Shown: piece by piece, positions 46,938-57,210 of the stretch
How the letters are laid out: the number at the start of each line of letters is the position of its first letter
Numbering within the stretch: the first letter of the stretch is position 1
Source of the DNA: an uncultured Rhodobacteraceae bacterium
GTDB lineage: Bacteria; Pseudomonadota; Alphaproteobacteria; Rhodobacterales; Rhodobacteraceae
Direction of reading: 5' to 3'
Assembly (NCBI GenBank): GCA_947489705.1
Contig: CANLEQ010000007.1
Location: 93,937 to 157,936 of the forward strand
Length of the DNA: 64,000 bases
The notes under the pieces: generated by a model
Seen by the model: only the letters and a program-made list of their open reading frames with translations
Database searches by the model: none
What the model was told of the DNA's origin: nothing
Made by a program: the position numbers and the translations under genes

Positions 46938-48152
46938 ATGAACGACGCCTATATCTACGACGCGGTGCGGAGCCCCCGCGGCAAGGGCCGCAAGGACGGC
47001 GCGCTTCACGAGGTGACGAGCGTGCGGCTGAGCGCGCAGGTGCTCGACGCGATCAAGACCCGCAACGGGCTCGAAGGACATGCGGTGGAGGACGTGATCT
47101 GGGGCAACGTCACGCAGGTCGCCGAGCAGGGCGGATGCCTTGCACGCACCGCGGTGCTCGCCTCCGATCTCGACGAGTCGATCCCGGGCGTCTCGATCAA
47201 CCGGTTCTGCGCCAGCGGGCTCGAGGCGGTGAACATGGCCGCCGCGCAGATCCGCGGCGGAAGCGGTCATGGCTATATTGCAGGCGGCGTCGAGATGATG
47301 GGCCGCGTCGCCATGGGCAGCGACGGCGCCGCCATCGCGGTCGACCCGAGCGTGGCGATGCAAAGCTATTTCGTGCCCCAGGGGATTTCGGCGGACATCA
47401 TCGCCACGCAATACGGGTTCAGCCGCGACGAGGCCGACGCCTTCGCGGTGGAAAGCCAGAGGCGCGCGGCGGCCGCGTGGGACGACAACCGGTTCGTGAA
47501 ATCAGTGGTCGAGATCAAGGATCGCAACGGTCTCGGGATCCTCGGCCGCGACGAATACATGCGTCCCGGCACCGACATGCAGAGCCTGGGCGCGCTCAAC
47601 CCGTCGTTCAGGGAAATGGGCGAGATCATGCCGGGCTTCGACAAGGTCGCGCTGATGAAATATCCGCATCTCGAGCGGATCGAGCATATCCACCATGCGG
47701 GCAACAGTTCGGGCATCGTCGACGGCGCCGCCGCGCTTCTGGTGGGGGATGCCGAGTTCGGCCGGATGAACGGCCTGACCCCGCGCGCCCGGATCCGCGC
47801 CTCGGCCAAGATCGGGACGGATCCCACGATCATGCTGACCGGTCCGGTGCCCGTGACCGAGAAGATCCTGCGCGACAGCGGCATGGAGATCGGCGACATC
47901 GACCTCTTCGAAGTGAACGAGGCGTTCGCGTCGGTCGTGCTGCGGTTCATGCAGGCCTTCGACGTCGACCATTCCCGCGTCAACGTGAACGGGGGCGCGA
48001 TCGCGATGGGCCATCCGCTGGGCGCGACGGGCGCGATCATCCTCGGAACGCTCCTCGACGAGCTGGAACGGTCGGATCGCGAGGTGGGTCTCGCCACCCT
48101 CTGCATCGCTTCGGGGATGGGGGCCGCCACGATCATCGAGCGCGTCGGATGA
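46938..48152 (+). CDS. Acetyl-CoA C-acyltransferase (3-ketoacyl-CoA thiolase)
   Basis: INRFCASGLEA (active Cys), NEAFASV, GGAIAMGHPLGATG, CIASGMG. Confidence 0.93.
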   Translation: MNDAYIYDAVRSPRGKGRKDGALHEVTSVRLSAQVLDAIKTRNGLEGHAVEDVIWGNVTQVAEQGGCLARTAVLASDLDESIPGVSINRFCASGLEAVNMAAAQIRGGSGHGYIAGGVEMMGRVAMGSDGAAIAVDPSVAMQSYFVPQGISADIIATQYGFSRDEADAFAVESQRRAAAAWDDNRFVKSVVEIKDRNGLGILGRDEYMRPGTDMQSLGALNPSFREMGEIMPGFDKVALMKYPHLERIEHIHHAGNSSGIVDGAAALLVGDAEFGRMNGLTPRARIRASAKIGTDPTIMLTGPVPVTEKILRDSGMEIGDIDLFEVNEAFASVVLRFMQAFDVDHSRVNVNGGAIAMGHPLGATGAIILGTLLDELERSDREVGLATLCIASGMGAATIIERVG

Positions 48153-48622
48153 GTTGCAAGGATACCGTCGAGGCCTGGCTTCTTCGGACCGCCGTGATCG
48201 CGTTCGAGCGCGATTTTGCGGCCTTTCGCGAGCGTGTTCTGTTGCCCATCCGCGTGAGCACGCTGACCGGAAGCGCCGTGCTGTCGACGGATGACGAACT
48301 GGCGCAGGTCTTCTTCGAATGGATCGAACTGCTCGGCTCGCTCGGGGTGGATCAGTCGCTGCGTCATGTCGAGGAGATCGTGCCGGACGGGCCCAACCGG
48401 ATCCGCTGCCGGTATACGAGCGAGTTGCTGCGCGAGGGGATGCGCGTCTGCCCGGCCTATCGGGCGGTCTGCGTGCTCGAGTTCCACGAGGGCGTCTGGA
48501 AGGCGCAGGACGTGTGGGTGGAAGTCGAGAACCGCTCGTTCCCGTTGACCGCGCCGAGGATTCGCAAGCCAAGAGATGAGGGCGACGCCACGGCGCGCCT
48601 TGCCAGGGAGAAGACGACATGA
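48149..48622 (+). CDS. Hypothetical protein (157 aa) embedded between the thiolase and hydroxyacyl-CoA dehydrogenase genes
   Basis: Unbiased composition. ATGA overlaps at both ends (48149-48152 and 48619-48622). No family recognised. Confidence 0.6.
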   Translation: MSCKDTVEAWLLRTAVIAFERDFAAFRERVLLPIRVSTLTGSAVLSTDDELAQVFFEWIELLGSLGVDQSLRHVEEIVPDGPNRIRCRYTSELLREGMRVCPAYRAVCVLEFHEGVWKAQDVWVEVENRSFPLTAPRIRKPRDEGDATARLAREKTT

Positions 48623-50820
48623 CCGATTTCACGATGCAGACGGATGCCGACGGCGTCGCAATCATCACCTGGGACGCAAAGTCCAAGTCGATGAACACGC
48701 TGACGCGGGAGGCATTCGAACTTGTCGAGGGGTTGATCGACGAGGCGCTGGCCGATGCGGCCGTGAAGGGCATCGTGATCACCAGCGGCAAGAAGGATTT
48801 CGCGGGCGGCATGGACCTGAACGTGCTGGCCACGATCCGCGAGCAATCGGGCGACGCGCCGGCGCAGGCGCTCTTCGACTTCACGATGGAAGGGCACCGC
48901 ATCCTCAGGAAACTCGAGCGCGCGGGGCTCGATCCCAAGACCAACAAGGGCGGCAAGCCGGTCGCCTGCGCGATTCCCGGCACCTGCGCGGGCATCGGGA
49001 CCGAGATCGCGCTGGCCTGTCACCGGCGCTTCATGACCGACGATCCGAAGGCGAAGATCGGCCTGCCCGAGATCATGGTGGGCCTTTTCCCCGGCGCGGG
49101 CGGCACGACGCGGTTCAGCCGGATGGTGGGCGTGATGGCGGCGGCCCCTGTCCTGCTCGAGGGCAAGATGATGGCACCGAAGGCCGCTAGGGGCGCGGGC
49201 CTGATCGACGAGGTGACGTCCGATCCGCTGGCCGATGCGAAAGCCTGGGTGCTCCAGGCCGGAGATGCCGACATCGTCAAGCCGTGGGACCAGAAGGGCT
49301 GGAAGATGCCGGGCGGCGCGCCCTATCACCCGGCGGGCTTCATGACCTTCGTCGGCGCCTCGGCGATGGTCAACGGCAAGACGCAGGGCGTCTATCCCGC
49401 CGCCAAGGCGCTGCTGAGCGCCGTCTACGAAGGCGCGCTGGTGCCGTTCGACACGGCGCTGAGGATCGAGGCACGGTGGTTCGTGAGCGTGCTGATGGAT
49501 CCGTCCTCCTCGGCGATGATCCGGTCGCTCTTTCTCAACAAGCAGGCGCTCGAAAAGGGCGCGAACCGCCCGGAGGTCGATGATCAGAAGGTCCGCAAGC
49601 TCGGGATCATCGGTGCCGGCATGATGGGCGCGGGCATCGCCTATGTGAGCGCCAATGCCGGGATCGAGGTCGTCCTCATCGACCAGGAGCAGGCCAATGC
49701 CGATCGCGGCAAGGCCCATTCCGAAGGCCTTCTCGACAAGGGGATCAGCCGGCGCAAGGTGACCGAGGAAAAGAAGGCCGAGGTACTGGCCCGGATCAAC
49801 GCCACGACGGAATACGAGGCGCTGTCGGATTGCGACCTGATCGTCGAGGCGGTGTTCGAGGATCCCGGCATCAAGGCGGAGGTCACCCGCGCGGTCGAAG
49901 CGGTCGTAGGGCCCGACTGCGTCTTTGCCACCAACACCTCGACCCTGCCGATCGGCGATCTCGCCCAGGCGAGCGCCCGGCCCGAGCGGTTCATTGGCAT
50001 CCATTTCTTCAGCCCGGTCGACAAGATGATGCTGGTCGAGATCATCAAGGGTCGCGAGACGGGCGACGTCGCGGTCGCCAAGGCGCTCGATTTCGTGCGC
50101 CAGATCCGCAAGACGCCGATCGTGGTGAACGATGCGCGGTTCTTCTACGCCAATCGCTGCATCATCCCCTATATCAACGAGGGCGTGCGCATGGTCGGCG
50201 AAGGGGTCAACCCGGCGCTGATCGAGAACGCGGCCAAAATGCTGGGCTTTCCGCTCGGGCCGCTGCAGCTGATCGACGAGACCTCCATCGACCTCGGGGT
50301 GAAGATCGCCAAGGCGACGAAGGCCGCGATGGGCGCGGCCTATCCCGACGGTGCGGTCGACGACGTGCTCTTCCGGATGGCCGATCGGGGGCGGATGGGC
50401 CGCAAGGCGAAGGCGGGGTTCTACGCCTATTCCGACGACGGCAAGCGCGAGGGCCTCTGGGAGGGTCTTGCGATCGACTATCCCGTCGCGGGAGATCAGC
50501 CCGAGCTTGCGCGGGTGCAGCAGCGGCTGATGATGGCGGGCGTGCTCGAGGCCGTACGCGCCTTCGAGGAGGGCGTGCTTCAGGATATCCGCGAGGGCGA
50601 TGTGGGTGCGGTTCTGGGATGGGGCTTCGCGCCGTGGTCCGGCGGGCCGTTCGGCTGGCTCGACATCATCGGCGCGGCGAAGGCGGTCGAGATCTGCGAG
50701 ACCCTCGCGGCGTCGGAAGGCGAACGCTTCGCCTGTCCCGACCTGCTGCGCGATCTGGCCGCGTCCGGCGAGCGGTTCTACCAGCGCTATGGCGACGGGG
50801 CGGCGCTGCAAGCGGCGTGA
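48619..50820 (+). CDS. Bifunctional enoyl-CoA hydratase / 3-hydroxyacyl-CoA dehydrogenase (FadB/FadJ-type)
   Basis: Crotonase domain (...FAGGMDL..., CAGIGTEIALAC) followed by IIGAGMMGAGIAYV NAD motif and a C-terminal 3HCDH domain; 733 aa. Confidence 0.93.
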   Translation: MTDFTMQTDADGVAIITWDAKSKSMNTLTREAFELVEGLIDEALADAAVKGIVITSGKKDFAGGMDLNVLATIREQSGDAPAQALFDFTMEGHRILRKLERAGLDPKTNKGGKPVACAIPGTCAGIGTEIALACHRRFMTDDPKAKIGLPEIMVGLFPGAGGTTRFSRMVGVMAAAPVLLEGKMMAPKAARGAGLIDEVTSDPLADAKAWVLQAGDADIVKPWDQKGWKMPGGAPYHPAGFMTFVGASAMVNGKTQGVYPAAKALLSAVYEGALVPFDTALRIEARWFVSVLMDPSSSAMIRSLFLNKQALEKGANRPEVDDQKVRKLGIIGAGMMGAGIAYVSANAGIEVVLIDQEQANADRGKAHSEGLLDKGISRRKVTEEKKAEVLARINATTEYEALSDCDLIVEAVFEDPGIKAEVTRAVEAVVGPDCVFATNTSTLPIGDLAQASARPERFIGIHFFSPVDKMMLVEIIKGRETGDVAVAKALDFVRQIRKTPIVVNDARFFYANRCIIPYINEGVRMVGEGVNPALIENAAKMLGFPLGPLQLIDETSIDLGVKIAKATKAAMGAAYPDGAVDDVLFRMADRGRMGRKAKAGFYAYSDDGKREGLWEGLAIDYPVAGDQPELARVQQRLMMAGVLEAVRAFEEGVLQDIREGDVGAVLGWGFAPWSGGPFGWLDIIGAAKAVEICETLAASEGERFACPDLLRDLAASGERFYQRYGDGAALQAA

Positions 50821-50971
50821 GCGCTGGTCGGCCCGGCCCGCACGGAACGGGCTTTGCATTCGCGGCACTTGACGCGATACTCCGCCCGCGAACGGATTTC
50901 GGACGGAACGGGCGGAATGGTGCTTTCAGACGCGGATCGCAGGTCGGCCGGCCGCGGATGGACTTGCTGAC

Positions 50972-51982
50972 ATGGTCGCGCTGACCGGATACGACAGGCT
51001 CGAAGCGTCCGGCCTCTGGCGCGAGAATGAGGCGCTGCCGCGGCGGGACGTCATCGTGTCGCTGGGCGATGCGACGCTGTCGATCACGGACATGACCGAA
51101 CGGCCGCTGGCGCATTGGTCCCTGCCCGCGACCGAGCGGCGCAATCCGGGCGAGATGCCCGCGATCTTCGCTCCCGGGGCGGACGCCGCCGAGACGCTGG
51201 AGCTCGACGATACCGACATGATCGACGCCATCGAGACGGTGCACCGCGCGATCGCGCGCCACCGTCCCCGGCACGGATGGGTGCGCAGCGCGGTTCTGGG
51301 CGTGGTTCTCGTGGCGCTTCTGGCGGGCGGCATCGTGTGGCTGCCCGGCGCGCTCGTCCGCCATGCCGCCTCGGTCGCACCGCCCGCGGTGCGCGCGGAT
51401 ACCGGGTTGCGCCTCCTGCGCCAGATCACCCGCATCACCGGCGAGAGATGCGAGGCGCGGGTCGCCCGCGCCCCGCTCGCAGAGCTTTCGCAGCGGGTGC
51501 TCGGCCCCGGTGCGGGGCAACTCGTCGTGCTGCCTTCGGGACCCGCGACGGCGGATCACCTGCCAGGCAATCTCGTCGTCCTCAACCGTGCGCTCTTCGA
51601 GGATCACGAAACGGCGGGGCCGGTGGCGGGGTATATCCTGGCCGAGATCGCGCGCGCCGAGGCCGTCGATCCGATCGCGCGGCTGCTCGACCATGCGGGG
51701 CCATGGGCGGCGGTGCAGCTTCTGACACGCGGCGAGATACCGGACGCCACGCTCGCCGATTACGCCGAGACGTTGCTGCGCGAGCCGCAGGATCCGCTGC
51801 CCGTCGATCCGTTCCTCGAGAGGATGGCGGAGGCCGGGATCCCGGTCGCGCCCTACGCAGATGCCGAGCAGGTCAGGGGCGCGGAATTGCCGATCGACGC
51901 GGATCCGGCCCCGGACGGCGCGGCGCGCCCGGTCCTGCCCGAGGCGCAATGGCGCCTGTTGCAGCAGATCTGCGCGGGCTGA
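50972..51982 (+). CDS. Hypothetical protein with one central transmembrane segment
   Basis: Unbiased composition; VRSAVLGVVLVALLAGGIVWL hydrophobic segment. The competing minus-strand ORFs are Arg/Gly/Pro-rich shadows. Confidence 0.6.
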   Translation: MVALTGYDRLEASGLWRENEALPRRDVIVSLGDATLSITDMTERPLAHWSLPATERRNPGEMPAIFAPGADAAETLELDDTDMIDAIETVHRAIARHRPRHGWVRSAVLGVVLVALLAGGIVWLPGALVRHAASVAPPAVRADTGLRLLRQITRITGERCEARVARAPLAELSQRVLGPGAGQLVVLPSGPATADHLPGNLVVLNRALFEDHETAGPVAGYILAEIARAEAVDPIARLLDHAGPWAAVQLLTRGEIPDATLADYAETLLREPQDPLPVDPFLERMAEAGIPVAPYADAEQVRGAELPIDADPAPDGAARPVLPEAQWRLLQQICAG

Positions 51983-51988
51983 GCGCGG

Positions 51989-52621
51989 TCACTTCGTGCC
52001 GAACATCCGGTCGCCCGCATCGCCGAGGCCGGGCACGATATAGCCCTTCTCGTTCAGCTTCTCGTCGAGGGCCGCGGTCACGATGGGCACGTCGGGATGC
52101 GCCGCCTTCATCCGCGCGACGCCTTCGGGGGCCGCGAGCAGGCAGAGAAACCGGATGTCGCGGGCGCCCGCTTCCTTGAGGCGCGCGATCGCCGCCGCCG
52201 AACTGTTGCCGGTGGCGAGCATGGGATCGACCGCGATCACCACCCGTTCGTCGAGCTGTTCGGGCACCTTGAAATAGTACTCCACCGGCTCCAGCGTCTG
52301 CTCGTCGCGATAGAGGCCCATGAACCCGACGCGCGCCGAGGGGATCAGCTCCAGCATGCCGTCGAGGAGCCCGTTGCCCGCCCGCAGGATCGAGATCAGC
52401 GCGAGCTTGCGCCCGTCGAGGGTCGGCGCGTCCATCGGCTGGATCGGGGTGTCGATGCGCGTGGTCGTCATCGGCAGGTCCCGCGTGATCTCGTAGGCCA
52501 GAAGCTGGCTGATCTCGCGCAGGAGCTGCCGGAACACGGCGGTCGAGGTCGTGCGGTCGCGCATCAGGGTCAGCTTGTGCTGGATCAGCGGGTGTTCGAC
52601 GACGGTCAGATGCTGGGGCAT
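51989..52621 (-). CDS. upp: Uracil phosphoribosyltransferase
   Basis: [18 protein letters not shown] motif [31 protein letters not shown]. Confidence 0.93.
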   Translation of the reverse strand: MPQHLTVVEHPLIQHKLTLMRDRTTSTAVFRQLLREISQLLAYEITRDLPMTTTRIDTPIQPMDAPTLDGRKLALISILRAGNGLLDGMLELIPSARVGFMGLYRDEQTLEPVEYYFKVPEQLDERVVIAVDPMLATGNSSAAAIARLKEAGARDIRFLCLLAAPEGVARMKAAHPDVPIVTAALDEKLNEKGYIVPGLGDAGDRMFGTK

Positions 52622-52662
52622 GGGGGTCCTCTGGGCGATGGCGGGAAGGAAGAGTAGCGGCG

Positions 52663-53634
52663 TCAGCCACCGATCCACTTGAGAAGTGCGGCGCGGGTGT
52701 CTTCGTCGCAAAAGGCGGCGCGGGCGGCGTTGCGGGCGATCTCGGCAAGGATCTCGTCCTCCCAGCCGAACGTGTCGGACAGTCGCGCGTATTCGCGGCT
52801 CATGTCGGTGCGAAAGAACGGCGGATCGTCGGTCGAGACGGTTACGGCGATACCCGCCGCACGCAGCCTTTCGACCGGATGCGCCGACCAGTCGGAATAG
52901 ACGCCGAGCGCCACGTTCGATCCGGGGCACACTTCCAGCGTGACGCCGTCGCGGGCGAGCCGCTTCACCAACGCGGGATCCTCGATCGCGCGTATGCCGT
53001 GACCGACCCGGTCGACGCGCAGGTGATCGAGCGCATCGCGCACCGATTCCGGGCCGCGCCATTCGCCGGCATGCGCGGTAAGGCCGAGCCCGGCCTCGCG
53101 CGCCATGTCGAAGCCGTAGGCGAAGTCGCGCAGCTCGCCCGCATGCTCGTTTCCGCCGATGCCGAAGCCCGTCACGAAATCGCCGGCCGCCTCGGCGGCG
53201 CAGCGCGCCGTCTGCCGAGCGGCGTCGGGCCCGAAATGGCGGATCGCGGTGACGATGCAGCGCATGTCGATCTCGGGAACCGCGTCCGAGGCCGCGCGGA
53301 TGGCCTCGAGATGCTCGCGCCACGCACCGAGATCGCGGCCGCCGCAGAAATCGGGCGACACGAAGATCTCGGTATAGACGACGCCCTGTTCGGCCGATCG
53401 CTCCAGCACGGCGCGGGTCAGGCGGGCGTAATCCTCGGGTCTGCGCAGCACGGTGCAGGCGGCCTCGTAGACGCGCAGGAAGTCGGCGAAATCGCGATAG
53501 GCATAACCGCCATCATCGCCGAAGATCGACGAGAGGTCCGATCCCTTCTCGGACGCGAGCCCGCGGATGAAGGCGGGCGGCGCCGCGCCTTCGAGATGGA
53601 GGTGCAGTTCGATCTTCGGCAGGCCGTCACTCAC
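52663..53634 (-). CDS. add: Adenosine deaminase
   Basis: [27 protein letters not shown] start at 53634 overlaps the deoB stop (GTGA). Confidence 0.9.
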   Translation of the reverse strand: MSDGLPKIELHLHLEGAAPPAFIRGLASEKGSDLSSIFGDDGGYAYRDFADFLRVYEAACTVLRRPEDYARLTRAVLERSAEQGVVYTEIFVSPDFCGGRDLGAWREHLEAIRAASDAVPEIDMRCIVTAIRHFGPDAARQTARCAAEAAGDFVTGFGIGGNEHAGELRDFAYGFDMAREAGLGLTAHAGEWRGPESVRDALDHLRVDRVGHGIRAIEDPALVKRLARDGVTLEVCPGSNVALGVYSDWSAHPVERLRAAGIAVTVSTDDPPFFRTDMSREYARLSDTFGWEDEILAEIARNAARAAFCDEDTRAALLKWIGG

Positions 53635-54812
53635 AGGAAGCTCCTCCCGGGGCCCGTCTCGGACAGCCCAAGATGCGTGGCGATGCTGGTCGCCACATCG
53701 ACAAAGGCGCATGGCCCGATCCGGCCCGCCCCGCGGCCCGCCACGAGAACGGGAACGCGTTCGCGGGTGTGATCCGTCCCGCGCCAGGTCGGGTCGTTGC
53801 CGTGATCGGCGGTGAGAACGAGGATATCCTCCGGGCCCAGCCGCGAGACGAGATCGGGCAGGCCCGCATCGAACCATTCGAGATGCCTTGCGTACCCGTC
53901 CGCATCGCGGCGATGGCCGTAGAGGCTGTCGAATTCGACGAAATTGGCGAAGGTCAGCGATCCGGGGGCGGCGTCGTCCATCCGGGCGCGCAGGTGATCG
54001 AGAAGCTCCGCATCGCTGCCCTTTGTGCGCGTGTCGATCCCCCGCATAGAGAAGATGTCGGCGATCTTGCCCACCGAATGCACCTCGCGGCCCGCATCCT
54101 GCGCCCAGTCGCACAAGGTGGGCGCGGGCGGCGCGATGGCGTAGTCGCGTCGGTTGGGCGTCCGGGTGAAACCCGCACTTGCATCGCCGATGAAGGGCCG
54201 CGCGATGACGCGGCCGACCTTCTGGGCGTGCAGATGCGGCGCGAGCCCCTCGCAGAGCGCGAGCAGGCGGTCGAGGCCGAAGATTTCCTCGTGCGCGGCG
54301 ATCTGGAAGACGCTGTCTGTCGAGGTATAGCAGATGGGCCATCCGGTGCGGAGATGCCGGGCCCCCTCCTCCTCGATGATGTTGGTGCCCGAGGCGTGGC
54401 GATTGCCGAGGATGCCGTCGGTGCCGGCGAGCGCGCAGACCCGTGCGACGAGATCGTCGGGAAAGGCCGGATCGCCGGGGGGAAAGAAGGTCCAGTCCCA
54501 CGGCACGGGCAGCCCGGCAAGCTCCCAATGGCCCGAAGGGGTGTCCTTGCCGGGCGAAACCTCGGTCGCGGCGCCCCACAGGCCCCGGGGGCTTGCGCCG
54601 AGGCCCGGCGCGGCGCGGCCCGATGCCAGCGCGAGCGCGGCCCCGAGGCCCAGCGCGTCGAGATTGGGCAGGTGCAGCGGACGCTCCGTTCCCAAGAGGG
54701 CCTCGGCGATATGGCCGACGGTATTGGCGCCCTCGTCGCCGAAATCGGCGGCGTCGGGCGCCCCGCCGATCCCCACGGAATCGAGGACCACGAGAAAGGC
54801 GCGCGCGTTCAT
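53631..54812 (-). CDS. deoB: Phosphopentomutase
   Basis: LVVLDSVGIGGAPDA, FVEFDSLYGHRRD, LTADHGNDPT. ATGA overlap with deoA. Confidence 0.92.
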   Translation of the reverse strand: MNARAFLVVLDSVGIGGAPDAADFGDEGANTVGHIAEALLGTERPLHLPNLDALGLGAALALASGRAAPGLGASPRGLWGAATEVSPGKDTPSGHWELAGLPVPWDWTFFPPGDPAFPDDLVARVCALAGTDGILGNRHASGTNIIEEEGARHLRTGWPICYTSTDSVFQIAAHEEIFGLDRLLALCEGLAPHLHAQKVGRVIARPFIGDASAGFTRTPNRRDYAIAPPAPTLCDWAQDAGREVHSVGKIADIFSMRGIDTRTKGSDAELLDHLRARMDDAAPGSLTFANFVEFDSLYGHRRDADGYARHLEWFDAGLPDLVSRLGPEDILVLTADHGNDPTWRGTDHTRERVPVLVAGRGAGRIGPCAFVDVATSIATHLGLSETGPGRSFL

Positions 54813-56119
54813 GTCATCCGCTCCAGAATGAGGGGGGGATCGGCGACGGTCGCCTGAGAGAAGGTCACCGCCGCGAGAATCGCCGCCTCGGCCGCATCCG
54901 CCGCGGCCGCGTCGGCGGCATGCAGGCGGCAGAGCGGGTCGCCCCTCTCGAGCGATGTGCCCAGAGCGGCGATGTGGCTGATGCCCACCGACGGATCGAT
55001 CGCGGCATCCTCGCGCATGCGTCCGCCGCCGAGGTCCACGACCGCCTGGCCGAGCGCCCGGCCGTCCATCGCTGCAAGCGTTCCTGTCGCGGGTGCGGCG
55101 ACGTCGCGGATGACCGGCGCCTGCGGCAGGTTTGCTGCCGGGTCCACGCCGGGATCGACCGCCCCACCCTGCCCCGCGATCATGGCCAGGAACCGCTCCA
55201 TCGCCGTGCCGTCGGCGATCGCGCGGTCGACGAGGGCGGCGCCCGCTTCGGCATCCGGCGTCCTGCCGACCATGTGGAGAACCTCGCCGCCGAGGGCCGC
55301 GGCGACGCCTTGCAGCCGCGTGTTCCCGGCGGTGCCGTCCAGCACGTTCAGCACCACGCGGATCTCGACCGCGTTGCCGATCGCGTCGGCCAGCGGCTGA
55401 TCCATGCCGGTGACGAGCGCGCGGGTCGGCAGTCCGGCACCGGACCCGGTCTCGACCAGGATGCGGGCCAGTGCCGCGGCGTCCCCGGGCGTGCGCATGA
55501 AGGCGCCCGTTCCGCATTTCACGTCGAGCACCAGCGCGCCGAGCCCCGCGGCGAGCTTCTTCGACAGGATCGAGGCGGTGATGAGGTCGATCTGGTCCAC
55601 GGTCGAGGTGACGTCGCGCACGGCGTAGAGGCGCTTGTCGGCCGGCGCGATCCTGTCGCTGGCCGCGAAGATGGCGCAGCCGGTATCGCGGACGAGGGCG
55701 CGGACGGCGTCTTCCGACAGATCCACGCGCAGGCCCGGGATCGCCTCGAGCTTGTCGAGCGTGCCGCCGGTATGGCCGAGGCCGCGCCCCGAGATCATCG
55801 GCACATGGCAACCGAGCGCGGCAAGCGCCGGCGCAAGGATCAGCGAGACGGGATCGCCGACGCCGCCCGTCGAATGCTTGTCGACCACCGGCCCAGGTAC
55901 GTCCCAGCAAAGCCGCGATCCGCTCTCGGCCATGGCCCTCGTCAGCGCGACGCGGCCGAGTTCGCCGAGACCCGGCCCGGTGCAGACGGCCATCGCGAAA
56001 GCCCCGGCCTGCGCGTCGCTGACGGCGCCCGACGCGAGCCCGCGGGCGAAGGCATCCAGTGCCTCGGGTTCCGGCATGGTGCCCCGGCGCAGCTCGGCAA
56101 GCATGGCCCGGATGCTCAC
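54809..56119 (-). CDS. deoA: Thymidine phosphorylase
   Basis: VVDKHSTGGVGD, SGRGLGHTGGTLDKLE. Confidence 0.92.
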   Translation of the reverse strand: MSIRAMLAELRRGTMPEPEALDAFARGLASGAVSDAQAGAFAMAVCTGPGLGELGRVALTRAMAESGSRLCWDVPGPVVDKHSTGGVGDPVSLILAPALAALGCHVPMISGRGLGHTGGTLDKLEAIPGLRVDLSEDAVRALVRDTGCAIFAASDRIAPADKRLYAVRDVTSTVDQIDLITASILSKKLAAGLGALVLDVKCGTGAFMRTPGDAAALARILVETGSGAGLPTRALVTGMDQPLADAIGNAVEIRVVLNVLDGTAGNTRLQGVAAALGGEVLHMVGRTPDAEAGAALVDRAIADGTAMERFLAMIAGQGGAVDPGVDPAANLPQAPVIRDVAAPATGTLAAMDGRALGQAVVDLGGGRMREDAAIDPSVGISHIAALGTSLERGDPLCRLHAADAAAADAAEAAILAAVTFSQATVADPPLILERMT

Positions 56120-56514
56120 TTGGTCCCCATATGCGCGGCTCCGAATGCCCCGGGCAGAAGCTCGGCCACGCTGGTGCGCAGGGTCGCGCCCGATGTGGTC
56201 GCAAGGGTGACGGGCACATCCCCGTCCGCGAATTCGGCGAGCTTCTGGCGGCAGCCGCCGCAGGGCGGCACGGGGTCCTCGCTGCCCGCGATGACCGCGA
56301 TCGCGGCGATGCGCCTGTCGCCCGCGGCGATCATGGCGGCGATCGCCCCGGCCTCGGCACAGGTGCCTTCTGGGAAGGCCACGTTCTCGACGTTGCAGCC
56401 CGCGTGGATGTTGCCCTCGACGCTGGTAAGGGCGGCCCCGACCTTGAAGCCTGAATAGGGCGCGTGGGCATTCTCGCGAACCTTGCGCGCGGCGTCGATA
56501 AGGGGATCATTCAT
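56116..56514 (-). CDS. cdd: Cytidine deaminase
   Basis: Zinc motifs CAEAGAI and PCGGCRQ. Start MNDPLI at 56514. Confidence 0.9.
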   Translation of the reverse strand: MNDPLIDAARKVRENAHAPYSGFKVGAALTSVEGNIHAGCNVENVAFPEGTCAEAGAIAAMIAAGDRRIAAIAVIAGSEDPVPPCGGCRQKLAEFADGDVPVTLATTSGATLRTSVAELLPGAFGAAHMGTK

Positions 56515-56603
56515 GCGCGCCAATCTGTCGCCGGGCCCGCGATTTGGCAAGGGGAACCGCCACGACGTCGCGGCATTGACCCCCGGAAGAAGGAGGGTCC
56601 GAC

Positions 56604-56831
56604 ATGGCCGATGAGCACGAGAAAGACACCAAGCACGACCCGATGGATGTCGCGTCCTTTCCTGTCGCGGGCGCGGTCGAGACGGGCGAGAACCCGAAGG
56701 GCAACGAGCCGATGACGGAACGACAGGCTGCCGAGCTCCGGCAGCTTTGCGAAACGCACGACGAGCCGATGGATGCCGAGCTCACGCAGGATCAGGCGGA
56801 GGCACGGATAGAGGCCCTCAAGAAGATGTGA
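56604..56831 (+). CDS. DUF3072 domain protein (paralogue 1)
   Basis: GNEPMTERQAAELRQLCETHDEPMDAELTQDQAEARIEALK matches the DUF3072 pattern. Strong SD GAAGGAGGG. Confidence 0.7.
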   Translation: MADEHEKDTKHDPMDVASFPVAGAVETGENPKGNEPMTERQAAELRQLCETHDEPMDAELTQDQAEARIEALKKM

Positions 56832-56902
56832 GGCCCCAGCCGGGAACGCATTCCAATGCCCCGCACTTTGGAACATTATGAGAACAACGGACGGAGACAG
56901 CC

Positions 56903-57124
56903 ATGGCCGACGCGACAGAAACCCCGAAATCCGACGCCCCCGGAAACGCCGAAAAGCCGGTCGACGATTGGGTGACCGGTGATGAAAAGATGACCGGGGC
57001 GCAATCCTCGTACCTCAAGACCCTTTGCGAGGAGGCGGGCGAGCCGTTCGATCCAGACATGAGCAAGGGTGACGCGTCGAAGAAGATCGACGCCTTGCAA
57101 TCCAAGACCGGTCGCGGCTCCTAG
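56903..57124 (+). CDS. DUF3072 domain protein (paralogue 2)
   Basis: GDEKMTGAQSSYLKTLCEEAGEPFDPDMSKGDASKKIDALQ. Confidence 0.75.
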   Translation: MADATETPKSDAPGNAEKPVDDWVTGDEKMTGAQSSYLKTLCEEAGEPFDPDMSKGDASKKIDALQSKTGRGS

Positions 57125-57210
57125 AGGCTTTCTCGCGAACGATCCCGCTTTCCTCGGAGGACACGACGTTCTATCCCTGACCTTCGAGGAAATGCGGGGG
57201 ACCCGACGAC

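Noticed and set aside
46169-46939. 256-aa minus-strand ORF covering the GST region
   Set aside because: The plus-strand frame encodes a clear glutathione S-transferase (GEVPVL, SQSAVIQDYL). The minus ORF is Arg/Pro/Gly-rich shadow.
50871-50935. Possible degenerate second copy of the 46.2-kb repeat (GATACTCCGCCCG ... CGGGCGGAATGG ... CTTTCAGAC)
   Set aside because: Only short blocks (ATACTCC, TTTCAGAC) are shared. The similarity is too weak to call without a genome-wide alignment. It may just be a 7-bp stem (CCGCCCG/CGGGCGG) in the promoter region of the downstream hypothetical gene.
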